From NCBI GenBank assembly GCA_010093815.1, contig ML996579.1: a DNA stretch of 64,000 nucleotides; one strand, written 5' to 3'. Positions within the stretch are counted from its first letter, which is position 1. Each line of letters starts with the position of its first letter. This document shows, one piece after another, positions 13,205 through 25,600 of the stretch. Under the pieces are notes generated by a model. The model saw only the letters and a program-made list of their open reading frames with translations, made no database searches and was not told where the DNA came from. The translations under genes were made by a program, and so were the position numbers. The DNA is from Pseudovirgaria hyperparasitica (lineage: Eukaryota).

Positions 13205-14483
13205 GTTTGCATTAACAACTTGTAGCGTGTCAAGCAGTTCAACGTCGATTACGGAAGTTGATCATGTATCATGGGCTTGACGTACGTAACGCCGGGGCCT
13301 GGTAGTGTTGATGTTGAATCCTCACCAAAGCCCCGCGCCGGTAGGTGGCGCTAAGAATCGCTGCAATCCCGTGATACGAATTCGGACACCTACATTCACC
13401 CTACACCTCTTGCCAATTTACTTGTAGTGCAGTCTCATGACGGTCTGATCGACTCACTTAACACTCTCTTAGATAGACAGTAAGTCCCGCTGTAGTCAAT
13501 ACGTGGTAGCAATTGAAGATTGTTCTTGCGGGGGAAGCTCAAGCTAGAAGCTGCCGAAGCGCGTGCTCAGAGATAGATGGATACCTGATCCCACTTTCAA
13601 TCGAGTTGGCCTGCCCAAATCACACGTCTGTATTCCGTGACTCGAGCTTCCGGACGACATTCCCTCTCCAACATCACAAACGTTTTCTAATTTGTCGTGT
13701 CGCTGGTTTGCATATTCGTTTCTGCTTGTAACTTGCCATTCCCTTTCTACGGAACCCCTGCATCTACAGTTTGGCGTGGGATTTGCGTTCTCCGACTGTC
13801 CCTTCTCCCGATCGGTGTACCACCATTGCAGTCACTCAACCTCGTGAACATCGGCGACTCGATCGAAGTAGCAACCGTATATACTACGCAACCCATTCAC
13901 ACAAGCTCATTTCAGAGCTTCCGGGTGCTACCACTCACGCTATACAACTGCATCTATACGAAACTAGTCGCATCGAGGGAGAGCTCGTGTGAGTTGGCCG
14001 AGACCCCCTCCATAACAGACAGCCTTGACAGAATTATGAACCATACGATCTCTCTTTCGACGAAGCCTAATCACTTGACGTGCCAGGTTCAACGTTTCCA
14101 GATTTTCTCCTGAGCCAACCCTCGATCACTGCCCCGCAATCGCCCTATCATACACCTCATCAATCGTGGCTATTTGTCTGTCTGATCTGTTTGAAAGTAT
14201 TGATTTTCTCAACATTTGTGAGTCAGAACCATGCTTCATTTTCGTATGCAGGACGGGAGCTTACTTCTCGCGACTGGTATCTGAGCTGGATCAGGGGCCT
14301 TGCCGGTTCGTGCGCTCGACACAAGCTGATATCCACTACTAGTACCAAGTCACGAATACGACCAGCCTGTTCATTTCTCAATCGCTTGCATGAAAGCCAA
14401 AATTGGGCTGAAGCTACCTCATTCCCCAACGCCTCCATCGATATCTGCGTAGCTTTAGCGCTGACTGAGCGTAACGTCTCGCG

Positions 14484-17400
14484 ATGTTTTGGCGCTTCGG
14501 AAACTATGCGAACATATCCACCCTCGATACTATTCTGGACAAGCCAGATCTGACGGTAGAAGAACTGCTGGACGAGTCAGACTTGATACAAGAATTAAAG
14601 CAGCAAAATACAAAACTCATTGAGTACCTGCGAGACAGTAATGTTTTGGAGCGGCTGTTGCGATATGTCATTGCGCCAAAGGAATCGCTGTCCCCAGAAG
14701 AAGAGCCAGAAGAAGGAGGGAAGACGGAAAGGCGTGATTCTCGCGAGGGCTTCTTCTCAAGAGTGCGCGCTAAATCGAGGTCCATGTCGAACTCCAAGTC
14801 AGAAACACCCGATGAAGGGGATAGTAAAGAAGAGAAACAGCGCATGAAATACGCGTATGTGGCATGTGAAATTCTGTCCTGCGAAATCTATTCGATTTCG
14901 CAAGCGCTTATAGAGGATAATCGCGATGCTCTACGCACGTTCTGGCAATATGTCAAGCAACCTCCCCAACTTGATCCAGTACAAGCTGGATATTTCACGA
15001 AAGTGAACGAGGCACTTCTGGATAGAGATACTGGACAGATGCTTGCTTTCCTAAAGAGCATTGCTAGAGTTGTGCCGGACATGTTACAACATGTGGACTG
15101 TCCTATGATCATGGACCTCTTACTTAAGATAATCAGCCTGGAAAAGAATGAGGGAGGCGAGGGTATCGTTGATGTTTGTATTCCGCCCGCATCTAGACAG
15201 TTCATACTGACACTTGCAAGTGGCTCCAAACCCAGGATCTCGTCCCTATTTTGCTGTCATATTTATCGCCTGAATATACGGCCTCCATGCAGACTTCAGC
15301 TGGCGACTTCTTGAAAGCAATCATCACGATATCCGCCAATGCTACGACGCAAGATCAGTCTGTTATTGGTCCTAATGAACTCACTCGACAACTTGTTTCC
15401 GAAAACTGCGTCAAGTCCATGATTACTGATATGCTTAATGGTGGGAATCCGCTAACAGTAGGTGTTGGAATTGTAATCGAGGTCATCCGAAAGAACAATT
15501 CAGATTATGATCTTGAGAACCAGACTGGTCCCGTTCCAAAGTCATCCGACCCAATATATCTCGGTACCCTTCTCAGGGAGTTCGCGATGCATATACCCAA
15601 ATTCATGGATCTCATTAACAATTCACACAACATCACTACGACAAACAGCGACGGCACTAAAACAGTTAAGAGGCGAGAGATAAAAGCGGCCTTTGGCGAG
15701 AAAATAGAACCCCTAGGCTTTGATCGGTTCAAAACCTGTGAATTGATGGCTGAGCTGTTGCACTGTAGCAACATGGCCTTGTTGAATGAAAGAGGTGCCG
15801 AGGATGATGTTAGAAAGAGAGATTCGGAGCGTGACCTTTTGAAGGCAGAAGGCAAGCTACAACCCGCCCGAAGTCCTACTGTAAACGACTTCGGTACCAG
15901 CGTCGACAGCCATGGGTTCCATCATGCTAGGGCTCCCTCAAGCGAGTCCCCAGAAGAGATAAAAAAACTGGAAGTACAGAACAATACAGAAGAAGACGAA
16001 TTCGAAAAGGTCACGTCATCCGAGGCAGTATCGGACGAGATGAAGGATGATCTAGATGATAGAAAAGACATCGGCGAGCCCCTTGAACGATCACCAAAGA
16101 CACATCCACGTGGAACTCAACAAAATTCAGACCTACCAGAACCCAAAGACAAACTGCTTTCACTCAGAGAAGATGAGAATACAAATGCTGAGTCTCCTAC
16201 TGCGGCCGGCTTGACTGCCAAAGTCGAAGAACTAGAGATCGAGAACGAAAATAAAGACGACGGATCATCCTCAGTTAAGCCACCTGCCTCATTACTCACG
16301 AAGCATTTGAATGAGGAGAGTGGAAATGAGCACGATGCTACGCATCCTGAAGACAAGCCTGCACCTCTGTTTTCAGGGCCTCGATCGCATGGACCAGCCG
16401 ACTCCACGGATAAGCCGTCTCTCAATATCACCAGCCCAACGATACCAGAAAGTGAGGCATCCGAGATAACACCAATAGAAGATGCCAGCGAGTCTCAGTC
16501 TGTCATGCTCTCAGAGCAATGTGCTGGCCAGGCACCATTGTACGAAGTGGACATTGATGGATCTCCTGTCGTTGGAGATCTCTTGAAGATGAAATTCGTC
16601 GAGAACAAGGTAGTTCCGACCATACTCGTGAGTCGATAATATGTCTAAAGAGTACGTATGATTGCTGAATTATCCAGGATTTTTTCTTCAGGTTTCCATG
16701 GAACAATTTCTTACATAACGTTGTATACGATGTTGTACAGCAAGTTTTCAATGGTCCAATGGAACGCGGCTACAACCGTAGTCTTGCTATCGACCTGTTC
16801 GAGACTGGGCGCATCACAGAACGGATCATTGAGGGCCAGGAAGCGTCCGACAAATCTCAGACAGAAACGAATATGCGCCTCGGCTACATGGGTCATTTAA
16901 CGTTGATCGCTGAAGAGGTCCTCAAATTTACCGAGAGACACCCAGCAGAGCTCCTATCCCAAGCTGTGCTGGATAGAGTCACGAGCCAGACCTGGAACGA
17001 TTATGTGGAGAATACTTTGGCCGATACGCGGGAACGCGACAACGCTATACTTGGCGGTGTCAGGCCCGACATAAACGTAGGCCCTCGTCAAGCCGTGTTG
17101 AATGCTGTCAATGCAGCTTCAAGCTTCGGCGGAAATAACACATCACTGGCAAGTGCAGGCTTAGGCGGAAGCGGTTCAATAGGACTCGACAGCATGGACC
17201 TTGGCAATACTGGTGCAGGCGGATACTCCAGCTTTGGAGGAGGCCTTCTTAGTGGTTTCAACAACTCAAGCGATGAAGAGGACGAGGAGATGGAAGAAGG
17301 CGACACCACGGAAGGAAGAGAGCGAAATACAGTCCAACTGAGTGACTCGGACCAAGTGGGTGAACTCTCATTCGAAGACGTTGAGATGGAATACCGATGA

Positions 17401-18180
17401 TGCGAAAGTGTACGCTCCTGGGATTTCTTCAACTTGTCAGTCCTATTGAAGCGCTTTTGTCATTTTCACTGTGTCTCACACCTCATGTTGCTTTTGAGAC
17501 TTGCGGCACATTGCTCACGTATTCTTATGATTTCACGTACAAACTATCGCATGGAGTCTCGAGATATGGGTGCAGCAAGAGCTATGGCTCACCGCGCTTT
17601 CTCTCGGCATTGTCGAAAAGAACGCTGTGAGCGGGCGTGATAGTTTTGTTAGCAATCGAAACTATCAAGGCTACAGTCAATTGTGAGGCATGCATGGATC
17701 ATCTGAACTGCGCCATTCAACTCGGTCATATTTCTCTCTTTCCATGCGCCACCGCATGCACTACTATCGTCTTATTCTTGCTGTGCGCTTGTTTTGTCTT
17801 ACAGGTCGGCTGACAGAATTGAAAAATAGATTGTCCGCTCCCCCGACCCGGCTGAACCGCTTGGGTTCGCATCAACCTCTGAGGCGCCAGAGTCTTCTGC
17901 CATTCCTGCACCACTTGCGGTACCCCCATCACGTGCTCGTCGCCAATTTGCAGCACGGCTTGCCCAGCGCAAAGCGCAGATGGAAGCCGAGAATAAAGTA
18001 GACGACGAGGATGACGAAAGGGACAATGACGATGATGATGATAGCGATGATGCGCCACTCGAGCAGAAATTCATCACTAAACCTAAGATGAGTGTGGGCT
18101 CGAGCAGAGGACCGGAGAGATTCAGCGGTTTATTCGGCAGTGACGATGACTCTAGCGATGAGGAGTACCAAAGAGGGTGA
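14484..18180 (+). CDS. SAP190: SIT4/PP6 phosphatase-associated protein (SAP185/SAP190/Ekc1 family)
   Basis: MFWRFGNYANISTLDTILDK start; EVIRKNNSDYD, PLGFDRFKTCELMAELLHCSNM, FFRFPWNNFLHNVVYD, RLGYMGHLTLIAEE; introns about 15175-15219, 16628-16677 and 17356-17829; last exon PPSRARRQFAARLA..DDSSDEEYQRG*. Confidence 0.93.
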
Positions 18181-18626
18181 TCCGGCACCTAGCACGAGAC
18201 CTGAGTGGTTTATTGTCTCTTGGGTAGCCAGTGGCATGTTGGCTGAACGAAGAGTGTATGATACACATGATGGCTTCGCATACGAGTGGTTCGGCCATGA
18301 GAGAAACAGAAACTATGGCGGAAGTTTAAGTTCCTGCTTCACATTCACATTTCTGGCACGGGAAATTCTAGATACCAATATCATAGATAGAACGAAAGTA
18401 ATGCCTACGCGAATCTATTTACTACCACGGTGAATTACCTTCGACGGAAAATTGGGCTCAGACAGGGCTGTGACTGAACCCGGAGTTAAGGTTCGGACGC
18501 TCTTCGGCAGACCAAAAGTCGAAACACCAGCAGCACAACTAATACTCCAGCTCAACGCACAACATCCCCGAAAGCTTGGCTTTTTCAAGACTACTGGATC
18601 GCACCCGCATCATAGAGTCCATAATC

Positions 18627-19656
18627 AGTAAACATGTAATCTGAAGGAAGTGGAGAGTACTACACTAATACGACGACAGTGTCTGGTTCAGTGTCTTCTG
18701 AGTCTTCTGACTCGGACTCCTTCTCCACTTCAGATTCAGATTCATCCAACGACGAACCGCAAGCCGACCGACCACAAACCGAGAACAACGAAAGCCCCAA
18801 TACACTCCCAGCCCCTGAAAATGCCACTGATAATGCACCTCAAGACAGCGAAACTGTCTCGTCAGGGTCGTCGAAGAAGCCTGCAGCGCCCACGCCTCTG
18901 TTCCCAAACGCCGCAGTAGTTGACAAGCGCAACGCAAGCTTTCGCGTCCCCGACGAAACCCGTATTGAAATCGTACGCTGCTTGATAATCGGCTGGAAGC
19001 CCGTCGAAATCGCGCCTCGCCTCAACGTTAGCTTACACAGCGTCTACAATATTAAGAACAACTTGATGAAATATGGCTCCTCGCTCAAAAGCCCGGAGGG
19101 GCACCGCGCAGGCCGCAGACCAAAGATGACACGTGATGACGAGAAAGCACTTTTGTCATGGCTTGTCAAGAATGGCTGGAAAGAGCAGAGCGATATGATT
19201 GAATGGCTGACGAAGGAAAGGGGAGTGACCATGCAGAGGAGCTCTTTATCAAGAATATTGCGAAAGAAGGGCTGGAACGAGAATACTATCAAGAGGATGG
19301 GCGGAAAGGGATTGGAGGTCAAGAAGGACAGAAAGAGGAGAGGACCAGGGAAGAAGACGTTGATGCGGAACTCGTTGGCGGGAGAGGGAGTTGGTGCAGC
19401 GAACTCCCAACAACAACAACAACAGCAACAACAGCAGCAGCAGCAAACAGATCAGCCGCCTCAGCAATTGTCACCGCAAAATCAGCCCCATTCGCAGCTG
19501 TATCCCCCAAATACTGTTCCGAACGTGAATGTCCCTACGTCATCGAGTACTCCCATGGGCCTACCGATTGATCCTCAATTGAATTCACGTGTGACTCAGG
19601 GTCAATTTGGGTTGTACGACCTGAATGGGAACCAGGTTGGAACGAGTCATCGGTGA
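18627..19656 (+). CDS. Protein with a Tc1/mariner-IS630-type paired helix-turn-helix domain, no DDE domain, poly-Q tail
   Basis: RIEIVRCL..KPVEIAPRLNVSLHSVYNIKNNLMKYGS..AGRRPKMT..ALLSWL..MIEWLTKERGVTMQRSSLSRILRKKGW resembles fungal Tc1/IS630 transposase N-termini. Start codon inferred as A(18627)|intron 18628-18679|TG. Confidence 0.75.
19408..19446 (+). repeat. CAA/CAG trinucleotide repeat encoding poly-Q
   Basis: Run of 13 CAA/CAG codons in frame. Confidence 0.9.
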
Positions 19657-22600
19657 CCGTCGTATCTCGTTGCTAAATGTAGTCAATTTGACCTATCGCA
19701 ACTAGCTAGTACAGTTCGCGAGAACAAGACTCTTTCATCATGCTCAATCTCAAGAGACCTGCCAGGATGACTGCACCTATGTAAACCCTGGACCCGCCTG
19801 AAACGCTGTCTTTTCTTGGAGAAATCACAAAAATTTCTGTTTGAACATCTAGCAGCCACGAATACTGGGGCACTTGCAGCAAGATACAAGAGCAGCCACG
19901 TCCTATAGTAGCTATGCGACACCAGGCCGACGTGCAAAGTCTCGCTACATCTACACGATTGTCGGTCAGCGCCTATAACATGTCGTTACATGTGACCATG
20001 TCAACGACCTTGACAATCACAAGGCACCACACCGACCATGCTGGTACTCGAGTCAACCGTGGTCTAGAGAGTCAAACTACAAGGTAAAAGGGTCAATCTG
20101 TAATGATTACCATTATTCCTAGTGTTTAGTATACACAATAATAGTACAGGATCTCATGTATACGTAATCTACCAAACATAACGGTCGTCTACTTTCCGCT
20201 ATGAACCAGCAGAGCCCGATGAACAGACTCCGCAAGCCACTGACGCTGCACTTCCGGAAAACATCAACCGGTTTGTACATATATACAGATACTGATCATA
20301 GACTGTATCTGGGAAAGCAATGTTCTTATCAATGTACGCAGAATCCAGTACTTCCTTACTTAGATGGCATAGCTTGTGCTGCTATGTTACCACAATTCAT
20401 GCGTAAAAGAGTACCAACAATTACGGGAAACAACAGAGATCATACTGTCTGACGTCGAATATTTACGAAGACTAGGTGATAGATGCAGGTTCTGCCCCTC
20501 ACTTACCAGGGATGATCTCACATCTTAATCGTCATCATGCAAAAGAGACCGCACAAAGTGATCATGTTCATATACACAGCAGAACAGCCAAGGTTAATTG
20601 AAAAAAGGAAAAGTCCTAAGCTTTGATGTTTCTCTCGAGTCTGAAGAAACAACGATTCCGGCAGCACTGTCTTTCTTAATGCTACAAGAAGGATGTCTTG
20701 ATCTGATAGTATCGAGCAAGCCAAGAGAAGCCTTATAATGAGACACAACTTGCGTCCCCTCGATAAGGGAGTTCCTGTAATACAAGTGGGAGCTGAGAAT
20801 ATTATGATAGCGGATCGCCAGCTAGCTACAATGTTCTATTGTCGGAAGGATCGCTCATATGTCTGCCTCCTTGCTTGAGCGTCCTGAGGATATCGCGAAT
20901 GACTGTCTTGCTGCAAGGAGATTCTTTTTTACTAACACAAAATATGCCCTAATTAGGCGAGTCTCGTCGCACGAAACACAGAGTCACCTCAATTACAACT
21001 ATGCTGCACATGTAGACCTAGTACTGATCATCGGCGCCTAGGGTCTGTGGGTGGAGATTGTCATCACTGTGTGTGCCGGACAGGACATGGTACGTTTGAT
21101 TAAAGGCCAGCAAGGAAGTGGGACGAACCATGAGGTGTGCCGGATCTTGGCATTGGGTCATTCAGCTGCTCTGTACTTGAACGGTGTTTTTTGCGTATAC
21201 CTATGCTTAAGATGGAAGCAGGACATACGTGCGAAGGTATTGCTTATATGCGACTCATGTTTCAAGGATTGCCGGGTAGATCTCCTTGGCTGAATAGCTT
21301 GCCATTGGTGAATGGGTGCGGCGGCTGCCAATTTTCAGGGGGGATACATGGCTCATATACTCGCCTTTGCTGACTGTCGGGTGGACCATCTCTTCTCTAC
21401 TATATAACACACGCCGTGTTCCTCTCAATTTCCTAAGCAAAAGCAGAAAGTTGATGTCTGACAGTGGACATGGTACATTACCCAGCATGTACGTGGCCAC
21501 CGATGTGGTGCTCTTTATGAGAGGGAAAGACAATTGATACTTTGGGCAGAACACATGCGACCGTCACTTTGTGTCTGGGATTCGACACCTCTCTCAGTAT
21601 GGTCAGCATCTCATAGCAATGATGATGGTGATCGTCATTATCCACAGCAAGATGCAGGAACTACACAGAAGACTTTAAGAGGACAGCGGCGAGGCCAGAG
21701 AGCCTTGAGCGTTTGTATCGAAAAGAGCCACTATACCACTGTTTCGGGACATGACTCGCATTGCTTCCAATCCCAGAGACTTGTCGGAAGCAAAACAGGA
21801 TGGTTGCAAGCTTTCATGAGCAACCCAAGAAGTTTATACTTGCTGGATCATCAACACTTCACGAGCTGTTATCGGAGCGCTGTGAATGGTTGCGTCCAAC
21901 CCTAGACAAACCCGGCGTCATTGTGACGGGAAACGCGTACAAAGACTACAAAAGAGTTTTTTCTGGGCGTGGTTCTTACCACCGCACCACTTACCAGGAG
22001 GCATTCTTTACCTGCAAGAGCCGTCATGCCCAATGCTTTCAATGCGTGAGATGGAGTTCCAGTGAACACTATGTCATCATAAGTGATGAGTAGTCTTTAT
22101 GGAACGACGGAGGGCATCGCGATTCTCTACTGATGATGATTATCATTACTTGTTCACATATAAGAACGCATCGAGATAGATTCAGATTTGGAGCGGATAT
22201 AGGCCATATCTGTGAGCACAACGGCAGAAGCACATTGCGAATCTCCAGACTGAGCGGAACGCCTTGGTGGAAGGGGTTGAGGAAGATATCACCAGGTATC
22301 TAGATGAAGGAAGTCAAGGGAAGGTGTAAGATGGTCTATATATCCCTTTGGGTAACCTGGTGACTGGGCGTATTTGTGCCGGGTGGGTCTCAGAAGACAA
22401 GGTATGCTTGTGATATAACTCTATTCACAGATCTCTGATAAGGTCTATTCACGTGAACATTACTTTCTAAGACACACCCTCCATGTCCTCTCCGCTTACG
22501 TGTACCAAAGCATATTCAAATATATAACTTCTTCTGTCGCCTTCTAGAGTGTTAACCTTAGAAGTCTCGCACTACTGTGCTAACTTAGGCTAGCATATCG

Positions 22601-25600
22601 TGCTAGTTTCTTCGAAAGTACGATGTTACTTATTTCTGTTTTGGCTGTCGCCCGTCAAGACGCTTATTACGTATGAGGGGCCTCACATAAATACAATGCC
22701 GATCTTCATCGTCTAATGATGCTGGTAAATAGTACACGCAGCGAACAGTGAGCAGCTGTATTATCATAGCTTAATGCATGACAGGTCTTGAGCGGTGAAC
22801 GGTCACGTCGAATACTATATGGTATGAGCACAAGTGACTTAACCCCCTTTTCTTGGACCTGAAATTGCCGAGTAGAAACTACCATATGTAGTCACCAACT
22901 CACTCGTCTCGTGCGAGAGAAGCATATATCTACACATCTCCCACGAGTTCGACTCTGGCAAGTATAAATGTGTTTTAAGCTCATTCACTTAATACTTCCT
23001 TATACATACATGGTGCCCCCCACCAAACATACCTCAATGCGCGAATTCTCCTTCCAGGTAGACCCACCAGATCGAAAATGCGTACATGTCCTTATTCCTT
23101 TCGCTGTCTGGTCCAGAAAAACTTCTCCCAGGCGCTGCAGACGGAATCGTTCAAGCTTCGTGTTCGTGGTGCCTGTCCATCTTCCCTAAAGCAAGGAGAA
23201 AAGCACCGTGTAGTGGCAGGGCTGAGGAGCCTTGCGTTCACACTAAGGTATTTCCACTGAGCACGCTCACCTCCTCCTTACAATCCGTATAGTAGACAGA
23301 AGTTCATTATATAGTCGCTCTTGCATTGTATCGGCATATGGTTGGTTCATATGCTTAGTTATCCTTTGACGTACGAATGTATTGCATCGCCGAATAGTGC
23401 TAATAAGCACAGAACAACAACAACCACAAATACCCCTTACTAGCAAAACAGTTCACGATAACACCATCTTGTCTCAAACATCAGAAAACAACGTATAAGA
23501 ACTGTGCCTAGTCAAGAAAAAAGCAAGACAACGCGGTATCTGTGACTCGCGACTGCATCATCATGGCCAGCGAACTCCTGAACTACCAACAACCCATTGA
23601 CCTCTCAGACCAGTAATATACTTCCAATTGCCTAATAACATGCCGTCCCTTAGATGGTTCGCAGAATAGTATAATAGCATATTATAGCACGCAAAAAAAA
23701 GAAAAAAAAAAGACAATGAAGAGAGACCATACATGCGAAAGTCTCAAACACAGCTAGCCCTCTTCACAGAAACCTCTTGACAGCAACCCGGCAACCCCTC
23801 CACAAAACCCCTGAATACGATTCACCCACCATACCAAAGAGCGCCAGGTAATACCTATATATATATTTATATATAAGCCCCCAGACCCAAACTCCTTCCA
23901 AATCCCAAATTAGCAAAAAGCTTGACTACCAAGGTCTAGGAATATCTGTGATGGATGTGATGCCGGTTAGTCGGTCTAATATGGGGCCGTCTGGACTGGG
24001 GTTGCAGTGCTGATGATGTGTGGCGTTAGGATGGGGTGATGCTGATCGTCACTGCTCTCTCTATCATCATCACGTCTTACCCCTCCCTCGCGCGCCGCAC
24101 ACTAACTAGCTAGTATTGACTTATCTACAGTGCCCAAGTACACGAGGGTCTGTCTTCGGGTTTTCAGACGATCCAAGTTATAACAGCCGTGAAAGCGGAT
24201 ACCAATGTATAGATACGTAAGAATACAACGTTTAGCTTTCTTTCCCAAAAGCCCAAGAAAGCTTTACCATATAAACATTTAAAACAAAACCGAGTAGGGT
24301 TTGGTTAATGATTACTTTAGCATTTCAGAGTCTTAGAGTCTAGGTACAGGAGAATCATACGATGTATTCATATAGATTAAAGTTTTTCAGGCGAAAATTC
24401 ACTATCATCGAATGTGTCTTCTCTCTCTCTTTCTCCCCTGATACAATAACCCTAATGCACACCCAACCCAATCCCATCATGATTGATTTGGATGGGATGG
24501 GATGAAATGTACATAGAGGACTTGCCCTGCCTTGATGGTCCGGTGGTAACTTTATTGAACAAAACATCAAACGACAAAGCAGGTTTGTTCAAAGGTGGTG
24601 GTGCTACTCCCAGTCAGCCTTAACAGACGTGGTACCGGATGGCTGGTAGGCAGGTAGGTACGCAGGTACGCAGAACGAACGGGAAGACATTAAAGGGAGA
24701 CCACCAGACAGGCCTTGGTACAAAAGAACAGAACGAGACAGAACAGGCAGTACAGCACGGTATATAGGTAGAGTGGAGCGAATGTGAAAATACCCCTGAA
24801 GTCTGCTCTAAGGCCGACCGTCAGATGTACTCTACTCCACTGTCAAACATGACCCGAAGGGGTGGGCTGTGTTGCAGATCAGGCGGGGCTGCCGCCGAGA
24901 TTTGGGGTCTGGGACTGAACGATGTGGCCAGGTCCATAGAAGAGCAGTACAGCAGCAGGCTGGAGCTCCAGGACCGAATGTCCCGATCGGGTAACCAGAC
25001 CCGAAGATATTCTATTGTAGTTTGTAGATGACAGTCGTTTGTTGACTGAGTAGTTGCTATTCATCCGGATATGCAACAGTGGCTTTGGGGAAAATGATGA
25101 GCCGGCAACCCCCTCGGGGCCTGCCACCGAGTACTTTGTACGAAAGATGGAAGACGTCTGTTAGATGTCTTCCGGTGTGAACAAACATCAAAGAAGATGA
25201 GAAGGGTACACATGAGGTTGAAGTAAGCTTAGCTGTCATGTTATCGTACCTTGGTCGTGTGAACTGGAATTGAAGCTCCTGCGACCCTTAAATGAATCTA
25301 GATGGTTCCACATATACAACGGACGGTTGAACCGTGGTAGTCAGCCACAGCCACCTCGACACCGTTGCTGCACATAACCATAACCATTCAACAAGTAAAC
25401 GATATTATCAGGTTCCTCAGTGAATGGCAGCCGTCCCGAGTACCATGTACGCTGAACCAGTACCTTGTTGTGGCAAGTGAAGAGAGGTTGGTAATGGCTC
25501 GGGTGGTGCTGCTATCGGGATCGAGTGTCGGTCCGTTCTTGACGTGCCTCGTGTCAGACACATGTCTTAACACCTCAGACGGACGAGACTTGTGAGTTGA

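Noticed and set aside
21534..22093. Overlapping 110-123 aa ORFs that might be a gene relic
   Set aside because: No recognisable motif, non-ATG starts and no supportable exon structure.
24447..24455. TAACCCTAA, a telomerase-RNA template-like 9-mer in a long ORF-free region
   Set aside because: One 9-mer is expected by chance in a window this size; I could not identify pseudoknot or CR4/5 elements, and the transcript-like signals here point to the opposite strand.
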